Assembly: GCA_040756235.1 (NCBI GenBank)
Contig: JBFLZG010000062.1
Coordinates: 64,001 to 128,000 of the forward strand
DNA: 64,000 bases
Reading direction: 5' to 3'
DNA from: a bacterium
GTDB lineage: Bacteria; Desulfobacterota; DSWW01
Made by a program: the position numbers and the translations under genes. The notes beneath the pieces are model-generated. The model was not told the DNA's origin. It made no database searches and saw nothing but the letters and a program-made list of their open reading frames with translations. The stretch's first letter is position 1. Each line of letters begins with the position of its first letter. Below, one piece after another: positions 37,180 through 46,253 of the stretch.

Positions 37180-37581
37180 TCAGTCGTCCAGGTGCGGCCC
37201 GGTTGTCAGTTCCCGGACGGTCTCGACGCAGAACCGAAGCTGGCTCTTGGACTGCGGGTACCTGCCCGGATGGCGTGCCTCCTCGGCCGGGTATCCATCG
37301 AGCGTTGCCAGCGGGAGGACCTGTTCCACCCTGGCGGTGAGCTCGAAGCCGCGGCCCTCCTCCTGGGCCAGAACGGCCACGGCGACCGTGGGGTTCTCCT
37401 CGAGGTTGCCGATGGTTCTGCGGCAAAACCAGTTTTCGGTGGCCAGGTGCTCTTCATCCAGCAGGAGCAGACCCCTGGCGGCAGCGAGGTGGACCCGGCC
37501 TGCGCGGTCCGCACTTGCGACCAGGATGACCCGGTCGGCTCCCAGCATCGATTTCAGAGATTCCGGGATTCTCATTTCCAT
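37180..37581 (-). CDS. Pyridoxamine 5'-phosphate oxidase-like (FMN split-barrel) protein
   Basis: LVASADRAGRVH...TIGNLEENPTVAV pattern; start could be 37629, 37581 or 37575. Confidence 0.8.
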   Translation of the reverse strand: MEMRIPESLKSMLGADRVILVASADRAGRVHLAAARGLLLLDEEHLATENWFCRRTIGNLEENPTVAVAVLAQEEGRGFELTARVEQVLPLATLDGYPAEEARHPGRYPQSKSQLRFCVETVRELTTGPHLDD

Positions 37582-37826
37582 GTGCCTGGAGGAGACCGGG
37601 CCGGGATGGGCCCGGTTCTCCTGCTCCATTGCGTCTTACGTCGAACGGTTAGATGCGTCCGGGTGCATTCCGATCCTGCGCGCGAGGCCGGACTGCCGAG
37701 GCCCCGTGAGCCGTGCCGCAGCCGCTCTCGCGGACCTTGGCACCCGGGAAAAGGAATCGGCATCACAGACTATGAACGCAGCCGCACAGGGATTCTTGAA
37801 GGCGTACGTCCGAGGAGGAAGAGCCC

Positions 37827-39284
37827 ATGCCTGCGCCGGCCGAGATGCGCCGGGTTGCTGAGGCCGTCTGGGAGATCCCCGAGAGCTACAAGGAGGGGAT
37901 GCGTGTGCCGGCGCGGATCTATGCTACCGAAAAGCTCCTGCAAGGCATGGACGACGGCGTATTCGACCAGATCACGAACGTAGCCACCCTCCCCGGGATC
38001 GTCTCGTACGCTTGCTGCATGCCGGACGGCCACTGGGGCTACGGCTTCCCGATCGGCGGAATGGCGGCCATGGACGCCGACGCAGGGGTGATCTCCCCGG
38101 GCGGGATCGGGTTCGACATCAACTGCGGCATGCGCCTCGTCGTCACCCGCCTCGTCTACGAGGAGGTGCGCCCGCACATGCGCGAGCTGGTGGACAGGCT
38201 GTTCGAGCGGGTGCCTGCCGGCGTGGGGAGCTCCGGGTTTGTCCGCGTCTCCAAGGACGAGTTCCGGTCGGTGCTGGAGCGCGGGGCGAGGTGGTGCGTG
38301 GACCAGGGTTACGGATGGCGGGAAGACCTGGAGCGCACGGAGGAGGGCGGGTGCGTGGCGGGTGCGGACCCGGCCCGGATCAGCGAACGGGCCGTGGAGC
38401 GGGGGCTCAGGCAGATCGGCACCCTCGGCTCCGGCAACCATTACCTGGAGGTCCAGGTGGCCAGGCCGGAAAACGTGTTCGACCCGGACCTGGCCGCTGC
38501 CTTCGGCATCACCCTCCCGGATCAGGTCGTCATCATGTTCCACTGCGGCAGCCGCGGGTTCGGCCACCAGGTCGCCACCGACTACCTGCAGATCTTTCTC
38601 AAGGCGATGGAGAGCAAGTACGGAATCCGCATCCTCGACCGGGAGTTGGCCTGCGCCCCTTTCAGCTCCCCGGAGGGGCGGGACTATTTCGCCGCGATGA
38701 ATTGCGCGATCAACATGTCGTTCGCCAACCGGCAGGTGATCCTGCATCGGATCCGGGAGGTCTTCACGGACCTGTTCCACAAGGATCCTGCGGACCTGGG
38801 CCTCCATCAGGTGTATGACGTGGCCCATAATACGGCCAAACTGGAGTCTCACGTGGTGGACGGCCGTACCCGCGTGCTCCTCGTCCATCGCAAAGGAGCG
38901 ACCCGCGCCTTCGGGCCGGGCATGGAGGGTCTGCCCTCCGCCTACCGGCAGACCGGGCAGCCCGTGATCATCGGAGGCAGCATGGAGACCGGTTCCTACC
39001 TGCTTGCGGGGGTCGCGAGCGGGGCCGGGACCTTTTACACCACCGCTCACGGAAGCGGGCGGACCATGAGCCGGCGTCGGGCGAAGAGACAGTTCCAGGG
39101 CAAGAGGCTCCAGCAGGAGATGGAAGCACGGGGCATCTATGTTCGCAGCGTCAGCTTTGCCGGTCTTGCCGAGGAGGCCGGCGGAGCTTACAAAGACATC
39201 GACGACGTGATCGACGCCACGGCGCAGGCAGGGATCAGCAGAAGGGTGGTCCGGTTCGTTCCGGTCGGCAACGTCAAGGGGTAA
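37827..39284 (+). CDS. rtcB: RNA-splicing/repair ligase RtcB (long archaeal/eukaryotic-like type)
   Basis: MPDGHWGYGFPIG, GFDINCG, GTLGSGNHYLE, HCGSRG, HNTAK, HRKGAT, HGSGR, EEAGGAYKD. Confidence 0.97.
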   Translation: MPAPAEMRRVAEAVWEIPESYKEGMRVPARIYATEKLLQGMDDGVFDQITNVATLPGIVSYACCMPDGHWGYGFPIGGMAAMDADAGVISPGGIGFDINCGMRLVVTRLVYEEVRPHMRELVDRLFERVPAGVGSSGFVRVSKDEFRSVLERGARWCVDQGYGWREDLERTEEGGCVAGADPARISERAVERGLRQIGTLGSGNHYLEVQVARPENVFDPDLAAAFGITLPDQVVIMFHCGSRGFGHQVATDYLQIFLKAMESKYGIRILDRELACAPFSSPEGRDYFAAMNCAINMSFANRQVILHRIREVFTDLFHKDPADLGLHQVYDVAHNTAKLESHVVDGRTRVLLVHRKGATRAFGPGMEGLPSAYRQTGQPVIIGGSMETGSYLLAGVASGAGTFYTTAHGSGRTMSRRRAKRQFQGKRLQQEMEARGIYVRSVSFAGLAEEAGGAYKDIDDVIDATAQAGISRRVVRFVPVGNVKG

Positions 39285-39398
39285 GGGAGAGCCTTGGCCC
39301 CAGGCGCTGCCGCCCGGAGCCCGCAACACTTTCGAGGGAGGGTGGTGAAGAACGCCCTCTCGAGGCTGGCGAGCTGATCGACAGCCCGGGAGTCGAAG

Positions 39399-40277
39399 GT
39401 GCGCACGCCGATCGGATTGATCACAGGCCCGTTGGGCTGCGGCAAGACGACCCTCGTCCGGAACCTTCTCGAGGGCATGGGCGAACGCTTGGCGGTGATC
39501 GTGAACGAGTTCGGCGAGATCGCCATCGACAGCAAGATCATTGAAGGGGAAAATGTCCGCATCGTGGAGCTCGCCGGCGGGTGTGTGTGCTGCTCGCTGG
39601 CCGGGGAATTCAAGGCCGCTGTCGAGGAGATCCTGGGACGGTACGGTCCCGAGATGGTCCTGGTCGAGGCGACCGGGGTAGCGGAAGCGGACGCCCTCGT
39701 CCTGGAGGTGGAGGAGAGTCTGCCCGAGCTGCGGCTGGACAGCGTGATCTATGTCGTGGACGCTCACCTCTCCACCTTGTACCCGCAGATGGGATACGCC
39801 GCTCGCAAACAGCTTGAGGCGGCGGACATCATCCTGATCAACAAGAGTGATCTCGTGACGGACGCAGAGGCGTTTGAAGTCGAAAACCAGGTCAGGAAGT
39901 TTAGCAGGACCGCGGGCTGCATCCGTACCGTCCGGTGCCGGGTCGATCCTGCTCTTCTGTTCGGGTGGAGCGGCCGCGAGCGTGCCCGTCCGAGCGGGGG
40001 GGGCGGTGCGGCAAGCTTTGAATCGTTCAGCTTCACCAGCGACAGGAGGATGGATCGAGAAGCGTTTGTCGCCATGATGGAGGACCTTCCGCCCTCCATC
40101 TGGCGGGCCAAGGGGTTCGTCCGCTTCGCGGACGGCGAATTCTTGTTCAACTACGTGGTGGGGCGCATGGAGTTGGAGGAACACGGCACGGAACAGACCC
40201 GGCTCGTCTTTATCGGCCGGCGAGTGGAACAAGAGCGAGATTCGGTCGTGGAGCGGCTCCGCCGATGCGAGGTGTAG
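39399..40277 (+). CDS. COG0523/CobW-family metallochaperone GTPase
   Basis: GPLGCGKTT, NEFGEIAID, GCVCC, EATG, NKSD and a CobW_C domain (RAKG...LVFIG); no His-rich linker. Confidence 0.95.
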   Translation: MRTPIGLITGPLGCGKTTLVRNLLEGMGERLAVIVNEFGEIAIDSKIIEGENVRIVELAGGCVCCSLAGEFKAAVEEILGRYGPEMVLVEATGVAEADALVLEVEESLPELRLDSVIYVVDAHLSTLYPQMGYAARKQLEAADIILINKSDLVTDAEAFEVENQVRKFSRTAGCIRTVRCRVDPALLFGWSGRERARPSGGGGAASFESFSFTSDRRMDREAFVAMMEDLPPSIWRAKGFVRFADGEFLFNYVVGRMELEEHGTEQTRLVFIGRRVEQERDSVVERLRRCEV

Positions 40278-40279
40278 GG

Positions 40280-40711
40280 TTGCCATACCGATACCTGGAG
40301 GAGGTCGCCACTGCAGACGTAGCTTTCGAGGCTTGGGGCGAGACCCTGGAAGAGATGTTCATCGCGGCCGCGGACGCGACCGTGAACGTGATGGTGGACG
40401 ACCTCGAGACGCTGGCCGAACAGGTGAAGCGCCCGCTCGAAGCCGACGCGGAAACGGTGGAAATGCTGCTGTTTGCCGTGCTCCAGGAGCTGATCTACCT
40501 GAAAGACGCGGAAGGGCTCCTGCTGCGCCTGGTGCGGGCCGGGATCTCCTCGCTGGACGGCGGCTACCGGTTCGCGGGTGAAGCGCGGGGAGAGGCCATC
40601 GACGCCGCTCGGCACGAGCTTCTGGCGGACGTCAAAGCGGTCACCCTCCATCGGTTCCGCGTGGAGAAAGTTTCCGGCGGCTGGGAAACAATGGTCATTC
40701 TGGACGTCTGA
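40280..40711 (+). CDS. Archease
   Basis: [31 protein letters not shown]-terminal ILDV; TTG start 2 nt after the cobW-like stop. Confidence 0.93.
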   Translation: MPYRYLEEVATADVAFEAWGETLEEMFIAAADATVNVMVDDLETLAEQVKRPLEADAETVEMLLFAVLQELIYLKDAEGLLLRLVRAGISSLDGGYRFAGEARGEAIDAARHELLADVKAVTLHRFRVEKVSGGWETMVILDV

Positions 40712-40797
40712 TCGTGGATGGTTTCGTTTGGGCCGCCGCCAGCGCAAGTCCGAAGAGGGGGTTGCGGGCAAGAGGAAACAATCGTCTTGGGAGCAAC

Positions 40798-41412
40798 ATG
40801 GCTCGTCATCTGGATTCCAAATGCAGGAAATGCCGGCATCTCGGGTTCTCGGTATGCGGCAGGGAGCGGTGCGCTCTGACCCGCAGAGACACGCCCCCGG
40901 GCATGCATCCCAACCTGAACCGAAAAATGACCGATTACAGGATGCGGCTTCTGGAGAAGCAAAAGGTGCGCTTCTCCTACTGGGTCTCAGAGGCGCAGTT
41001 GAGATGCTATATGAAGAGGGCCCTGTCCGGGAAAGGGAGCACGGGTGAGAACCTGCTGCAGCTTCTGGAACGGCGGCTGGACGTCGTGGTGTACCGATTG
41101 GGATTTGCCCCGACCCTTCCGGCTGCCCGGCAGCTGGTGGTTCACGGACACATCCGGGTCAACGGCAAGAAAGTCGACCGGCCCGCGTACCTGGTCCGAC
41201 ACGGGGACCTCATGGCCGTGAAAGAACCCAGCTCGAAGATGCCGCTGGTTCAGGAAGGCCTGGCGAAGAGCGCTGCGCGGCGCGATCTGCCTTACCTCAG
41301 CGTGGACCGGGAGAAGGTCGAGGGCCGATTTCTCTCGGCGCCGAGCCGTGAGCAGATTCCGCTCGATGTGAGCGAGAGCCTGGTCGTCGAGTACTACAGA
41401 CGGTACATCTGA
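40798..41412 (+). CDS. rpsD: 30S ribosomal protein S4, four-Cys type, outside the alpha operon
   Basis: MAR...CRKCR...C...[26 protein letters not shown]...ARQLV.HGH, VVEYY. Confidence 0.96.
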   Translation: MARHLDSKCRKCRHLGFSVCGRERCALTRRDTPPGMHPNLNRKMTDYRMRLLEKQKVRFSYWVSEAQLRCYMKRALSGKGSTGENLLQLLERRLDVVVYRLGFAPTLPAARQLVVHGHIRVNGKKVDRPAYLVRHGDLMAVKEPSSKMPLVQEGLAKSAARRDLPYLSVDREKVEGRFLSAPSREQIPLDVSESLVVEYYRRYI

Positions 41413-41419
41413 GAAGAAG

Positions 41420-41539
41420 GTTTCAGGTATCGGGTGTTGGGTTTCAGGGCCCGCCCCCCACCCCGTGAGAGCGGCCAAAATCTGTCTAGGCGTCGGGGAG
41501 GGGCGGCCTGACACCTGAAACCTGATACCTGACACCTGG
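41420..41539. repeat. Two heptamer arrays in inverted orientation
   Basis: GTTTCAG/GTATCGG/GTGTTGG/GTTTCAG at 41420-41448 and CCTGACA/CCTGAAA/CCTGATA/CCTGACA at 41507-41539. Confidence 0.82.
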
Positions 41540-42289
41540 CTAAATCCCCATGCCGCCGTCCACATTGTACACCGCGCCCGTGACATAGCTCGCACGGGGA
41601 GTCGCGAGGAAGTTGACGACTTCGGCGATCTCCTCCGGATCGGCGCTGCGCCCGAGGGGGATGAGCGCTTCCATCATCTGAATGTTTTTCTCCGTGAGGG
41701 CAGCGGTCATGCCGGTCTTCACGTACCCGGGCACCACCACGTTTGCGGTGACGCCCAGGGGCGCCATCTCCCTGGCCAGGGATTTCGTGAAACCGATGAT
41801 GCCGGCCTTCGCGGAAGCGTAGGCGGTATCACCGGGCCATCCCCGATAAGCCACCAGCGACGATACGTTGATGATCCGGCCCCACTTCTCCCGGGAAAGA
41901 TAGGGGATGACGGACCGGCAGCAGTGAAAGGTCCCGTAGAGCCCGGATCGAAGCACCCGGTCCCAATCATCGGCCGAAAGCTTGTGCACCAGCCTCCCCC
42001 GGTGGACCTGGGCGTTGTTCACCAGGATGTGGAGCTTGCCCATGGTCTCCACGGCTCGCGTCACCATGGTCTCCACCTGTTCGAGGGAGGCCACGTCGGC
42101 CCGGATGGCGACTGCTCTGCGGCCGAGCTCGAGGATTCGATCCCGGACCTCGAGCGCGGCCGCTTCGTGGGACACGTAGTTGATCACCACATCTGCGCCT
42201 TCCCGGGCGAGACGGATGGCCACGGCTTTGCCGATGCCGCGGGAGGAACCGGTCACGAGGGCAATCTTGCCGTGCAGGGAAGCTTCCAT
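41540..42289 (-). CDS. FabG-like short-chain dehydrogenase/reductase
   Basis: TGSSRGIG, LVNNA, YASAK, PGYVKT, VDGG; GGAGGAG RBS. Confidence 0.93.
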   Translation of the reverse strand: MEASLHGKIALVTGSSRGIGKAVAIRLAREGADVVINYVSHEAAALEVRDRILELGRRAVAIRADVASLEQVETMVTRAVETMGKLHILVNNAQVHRGRLVHKLSADDWDRVLRSGLYGTFHCCRSVIPYLSREKWGRIINVSSLVAYRGWPGDTAYASAKAGIIGFTKSLAREMAPLGVTANVVVPGYVKTGMTAALTEKNIQMMEALIPLGRSADPEEIAEVVNFLATPRASYVTGAVYNVDGGMGI

Positions 42290-42693
42290 GTTCTCCTCCG
42301 GGCAACAGGGGTCGAAGAGCGCGCCTCGTTCCGTCCGGGATGCGGTCGGCGGGCTCGGGACGAGCGTAGAAAACACGGGCCTCGATGTCAAAGACGAGGC
42401 GGATGATGCACGCCCGCGGGGCGGCAGGAACGGGTGCCCCGGGCCGGATCCCGGAAGCCCCTGAATCCTGAAAAACGGCTGCACCGAGGTACGCGACAAG
42501 GGTCGGGAGGAGGATCCGGAAGGGAACCTGCCATCCTGTCGGTGCCTTTTACAGGAACGCCTCCGACGGTCCGTCCGGAGGGTTGGACGCGGAACCAGAC
42601 GCAGCTCAGCGGTTTGGGGTATGTCATTGTAATCAGGAGCTATTTTGCCTTTGCTGGCGGAAATGAATGGAACCCGAGTGCTCCTCGGGTCGA

Positions 42694-42709
42694 TGGCACC
42701 CTGCTTGCA
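42694..42709 (+). promoter_or_regulatory. Sigma-54 promoter
   Basis: TGGCACCCTGCTTGCA, full match to TGGCAC-N5-TTGCA, about 60 nt upstream of the ATG at 42769. Confidence 0.78.
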
Positions 42710-42768
42710 GAACCTCGGGGTGAGAGGCGCAAGCTTCCAACCCGCGAACATCGAAGGAGGATAGGACC

Positions 42769-42963
42769 ATGTACACCGAGCCTGGCGTACCCTTCTACAT
42801 GGTGCTGAGTGTCTACCTGCCGTTGTTGCTGATGGGGTACCTGGCGGTGTTCCTTGCCCTGATGGTCCGGATGGCGCGTTTCTGTGCCTCGCTCGTGCAC
42901 GGCAAGGAACGGGAGGAAAGGCCGCGGCGGGTCGGATTGGCCTACGAACCCGGCAGGGCGTAG
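42769..42963 (+). CDS. Small single-TM hypothetical protein (64 aa)
   Basis: AAGGAGG RBS, hydrophobic segment, upstream sigma-54 motif. Confidence 0.65.
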   Translation: MYTEPGVPFYMVLSVYLPLLLMGYLAVFLALMVRMARFCASLVHGKEREERPRRVGLAYEPGRA

Positions 42964-43244
42964 GGAATCTCGGCGGACCGGTGTCCGCCGCTGGACGGAC
43001 GAGCCTCGAGGGATGATGGACGTGCGCCGCGGCGCATGAGCAGAAGGTTGCTCGAAGCGACATCGTGCCCTCCGGCTCGTTCGCATGCCCCAACGGCGTT
43101 TCCCTTTCTTCTCCCGCCACGGATATGCTTTCCCGCCGACGAGCGGCCTGATCCCGCCTTGCCGGTCCTTGCGCGATTGCGTTTGCCCTCGACCCCGGGC
43201 TAGACTTCCGCTGTTTCTTGCGGCAGGTGCCCCTCGGAGGTCCC

Positions 43245-43814
43245 ATGAGATGGCGGAGAAGGGCGGCGCTGCGCCTGGCCGTCCTTGCGGTCATCGCGCT
43301 CGGGCTTGCGCGGTGCGGCGGCAGCGACGTCGAGCGCGTGCGCTCGGAAGACCAGCCTTGCCAGCCGTACGGGGACAGTACCTACCAGGGAACCTACGGG
43401 TTCGATGGGGATGCGCTGGCGCTTCGGGTTTCCTCTGCGAGCGGGCAGTGCTGTGTGGTCATCGGTGCGGAGTGGGTCTATCAGGTCTGGGAGATCACCG
43501 AAACCACCTTGCGGATGGCGATGCAGGGTGAGGCGGAGGCAACGTGGCTGCGCGCAACCGGCAGTGCGGGGGACATTACCGGCCAATGGACCGGTCCGGA
43601 CGGGGAGCTGTTGGACCTGCGGGAGGATTCGTCCTTTGCGGGTGCCGGCGATCCCCGCTGCTTCGAGCCGGCGCCCTGTGGAGCCGAGCGGCATTCGAGG
43701 GACGTGCGGTGCGGCACGATCGTTCTTTGCATGCTCTTGCCGGCTTTGTTTGCCTGGCTCCTGAGAGCCCGTGCAAGAGCTCGGCTCCTCGAGCGCGGGC
43801 CCGGGCCTTCCTGA
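43245..43814 (+). CDS. Hypothetical lipoprotein-like protein with a C-terminal TM and Arg-rich tail
   Basis: GGAGG RBS, hydrophobic signal ending LARCGG, C-terminal CG...IVLCMLLPALFAWLLRARARAR. Confidence 0.75.
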   Translation: MRWRRRAALRLAVLAVIALGLARCGGSDVERVRSEDQPCQPYGDSTYQGTYGFDGDALALRVSSASGQCCVVIGAEWVYQVWEITETTLRMAMQGEAEATWLRATGSAGDITGQWTGPDGELLDLREDSSFAGAGDPRCFEPAPCGAERHSRDVRCGTIVLCMLLPALFAWLLRARARARLLERGPGPS

Positions 43815-43984
43815 CCTGCCGGCTGAAACGATCCCTCCGTCTGCGATCGCCCGGAACTCTGGCCAGGGTGGGCTGCCGGACGGCACGCGGGGGCCCGGCC
43901 GCGGAAGCGCGAGCGCTAATCTTTTCGCCGCTTGTGGCCGAGAAGAACGGTCAGGACACGGACGGGATGCGGAGGGTTCAGAGC

Positions 43985-44632
43985 ATGTCCCCCCCCGGGG
44001 TCATGGAAAGGCCTGCAAAGCCGGAACCGGTTGACCCGGTGAGGCTCGCTACGGCCGCCGACGTCGACGCCATGGTCCGACTGCATCTGCAGTGTTTCGA
44101 TGCCGGAGCTCATCTGGGCACGGCTCTCGGAAAGTCGTTTCTGCGAGAAGTCTACAGGTGGTTCGTGACGTCACCCAGGACCTTCGGTATCTGTTGCGCT
44201 GAGGGCGGGGAATTGATCGCTTTCGCCACCGTGTGCCAGGGACCGTATCATCGACTCATGTTCAGCGAGAACAAGCGAGCCGCCCTGCGCGCCTTTCTCT
44301 CACACCCCTGGATCGCGCTTCATCCCCAGGTCTGGGCGCGCATTTTTTCGCGCCTTTCGGGTTCGAACGAGATCGAGCGAATGCTGGACAGCCAGGAGGG
44401 GGCGGCGCACTGCGGGCTGCTCGCCGTTCGGCCGGACTACCGGAGATCCGGCCTCGCCGTGACGATGAACCGGTTCCTTTTTGTCGAGGCAAGGAAGCGG
44501 GGCTGGCGGAAGCTCATCGGCGTGATCCACGCCGACAACATTGCGTCCATTCGAGCGACCGAGAAGGCCGGCTATGTGAGGATCGAGACAAGAAAGAGCA
44601 AGAAGATGGTGGTGCTGGTGAAAGAGCTATGA
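43985..44632 (+). CDS. GNAT-family acetyltransferase
   Basis: LAVRPDYRRSGLA, NIASIRATEKAGY; start uncertain (43967, 43985 or 44003). Confidence 0.88.
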   Translation: MSPPGVMERPAKPEPVDPVRLATAADVDAMVRLHLQCFDAGAHLGTALGKSFLREVYRWFVTSPRTFGICCAEGGELIAFATVCQGPYHRLMFSENKRAALRAFLSHPWIALHPQVWARIFSRLSGSNEIERMLDSQEGAAHCGLLAVRPDYRRSGLAVTMNRFLFVEARKRGWRKLIGVIHADNIASIRATEKAGYVRIETRKSKKMVVLVKEL

Positions 44633-44677
44633 GCGCACGTCCGAGAGGGTCGCGAAGGACGGTGCGGGAGGGATGCA

Positions 44678-45313
44678 ATGTGCGCCGCTGAAGCGGGGAG
44701 GGGTTTCGAGATTCGCCCGTCGAGACCCGACGATATCGACGGCATGGTGGACCTCCACTGCTCCTGCTTCGATCCCGGAAAGCACCTCGCCACCCTGTTG
44801 GGCAGATCTTTCATTCGAACCATGTACGAATGGTTCGTGACTTCTCCAAGGGCGATCGCCATCTGTGGGTTCGACCATGAAACACTCGTGGGTTTTCTGA
44901 CAGTCTGCAATGGGCCTTACCACGAGCTGGTCTTGAAGGAGAACAAATCCGCCCTGCTCCGGAGCCTGCTGCTGCGGCCGTGGATCGCCTTCCACCCCCA
45001 GGTCCTGCAGTGGGCGTTGGCACGGATGCGCGGCCCGGTGGATGTGGAGCGGACGCTGAGGCGGGAGAAGGATGTGGTGCACTTTTCTCTGATTGCGATC
45101 CGTCCCGACTACCGCGGGAGCGGTCTTGCCGTGGCGATGATGAAGCAGATGTTCCGAGCCTGTCGCGAGCGCGGATGGCGCAAGCTGTGGGTCGTGATCT
45201 ACAAGGAGAACATGGCTTCGCGCCGGTTGACGGAAAAGCTCGGCTTCAGCGAGGTCCCCTTGTCCGCCGGTTCGGGCCGCAAGGTGGTGTTGGCGCGAGA
45301 GCTGCGCGACTAG
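44678..45313 (+). CDS. GNAT-family acetyltransferase, tandem paralog
   Basis: IAIRPDYRGSGLA, NMASRRLTEKLGF; shares LH..CFD.G.HL.T.LG.SF.R..Y.WFVTSPR with the upstream gene. Confidence 0.9.
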   Translation: MCAAEAGRGFEIRPSRPDDIDGMVDLHCSCFDPGKHLATLLGRSFIRTMYEWFVTSPRAIAICGFDHETLVGFLTVCNGPYHELVLKENKSALLRSLLLRPWIAFHPQVLQWALARMRGPVDVERTLRREKDVVHFSLIAIRPDYRGSGLAVAMMKQMFRACRERGWRKLWVVIYKENMASRRLTEKLGFSEVPLSAGSGRKVVLARELRD

Positions 45314-45516
45314 GAGGCTGTCCATAAATGCCCATCTGCTGCGCCTGTTGCGAGCGAAGCGAAGCAATCCCCCGATACCTTGCTGCGGCGGTCAGGTGCA
45401 ACCAGGAGTTTACTCGTCGCTCGGGCTCCTCGGAACGAGCCTCGGGACTCCGTGCGCCTTGCATCTGGACATTTCTGAACAGCCTCCAGGAGCCGAATAC
45501 TTGGACAGGCTCCTAG
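45312..45516 (-). mobile_element. MITE-like element, copy E (opposite orientation)
   Basis: GGAGGCTGTCCATAAATGCCCATCTGC...GCCTTGCATCTGGACATTTCTGAACAGCCTCC, plus an extra end TTGGACAGGCTCCTAG. Confidence 0.75.
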
Positions 45517-45646
45517 ACCAGGCCTTCCCTGAGCGCGCGCCGGGGCGAGCACAAGAGGCGCCCGGTGCGGCGGGGAAATGTCCTCGGGGCCGGCGTGCAA
45601 ATGGCAGAATCGAACATCGCGGCCGAGACAAGCGAGGAGGTGTGAG

Positions 45647-46228
45647 ATGATTCACGCTGGTGTGGGAATCTTTCTGTTCCTGACGTCGCTTCTTCCCAAC
45701 ACGCTCTCTGCCCAGGAGCAGGCTGTCGGCTCGCGTGGCCAGGCGCCTTCGTTCAGGGTCGGCCCTGGAGACAAGCTCGAAGTCCTTGTCTGGAGGGATG
45801 ATTATTTGAGCAGGGAAGTGGTGGTCCAGCCGGACGGCTTCTTGTCATTCCCCCTCATCGGGGATGTCGCGGTCAGCGGCCTCACCATTCCCGAGATTCG
45901 CAAGGAGGTTGCCAGGAGGATCCGTGAATTTCTGCCCGAGGCCCAGGTTTCGATCATCCTGAAGGAAATCAACAGTTACAGCGTCTACGTGCTCGGGAAG
46001 GTCAACAAGCCGGGCCAGTACAGGCTCTCCCGGCCGGTCGACGTCATGCAGGCGCTGGCCCTCGCCGAGAGCTTCTCCAAGTTCGCATCTCCCGGCGACA
46101 TCCGCATCATCCGCAAGGTGGGCACGGTCAACCAGGCGATCCCCTTCAATTACACCGAGGTCGAAAAGGGCAAGACGCTGGAGCAGAACATCGAGCTGAT
46201 CAGCGGGGATGTGGTCGTGGTCCCCTAG
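45647..46228 (+). CDS. Polysaccharide export protein (short Wza/Poly_export + SLBB)
   Basis: GAGGAGGTG RBS; GPGDKLEVLVW, VQPDGFLSFPLIG, VLGKVNKPG, GDVVVVP. Confidence 0.93.
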   Translation: MIHAGVGIFLFLTSLLPNTLSAQEQAVGSRGQAPSFRVGPGDKLEVLVWRDDYLSREVVVQPDGFLSFPLIGDVAVSGLTIPEIRKEVARRIREFLPEAQVSIILKEINSYSVYVLGKVNKPGQYRLSRPVDVMQALALAESFSKFASPGDIRIIRKVGTVNQAIPFNYTEVEKGKTLEQNIELISGDVVVVP

Positions 46229-46253
46229 CGGCCCTCAGCGGATGGAAGGGGCC

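Noticed and set aside
37737..37756. TTGGCAC upstream of rtcB as an RtcR/sigma-54 promoter
   Set aside because: No GC at the -12 position (GG-N10-AA), and no rtcR or rtcA in the window
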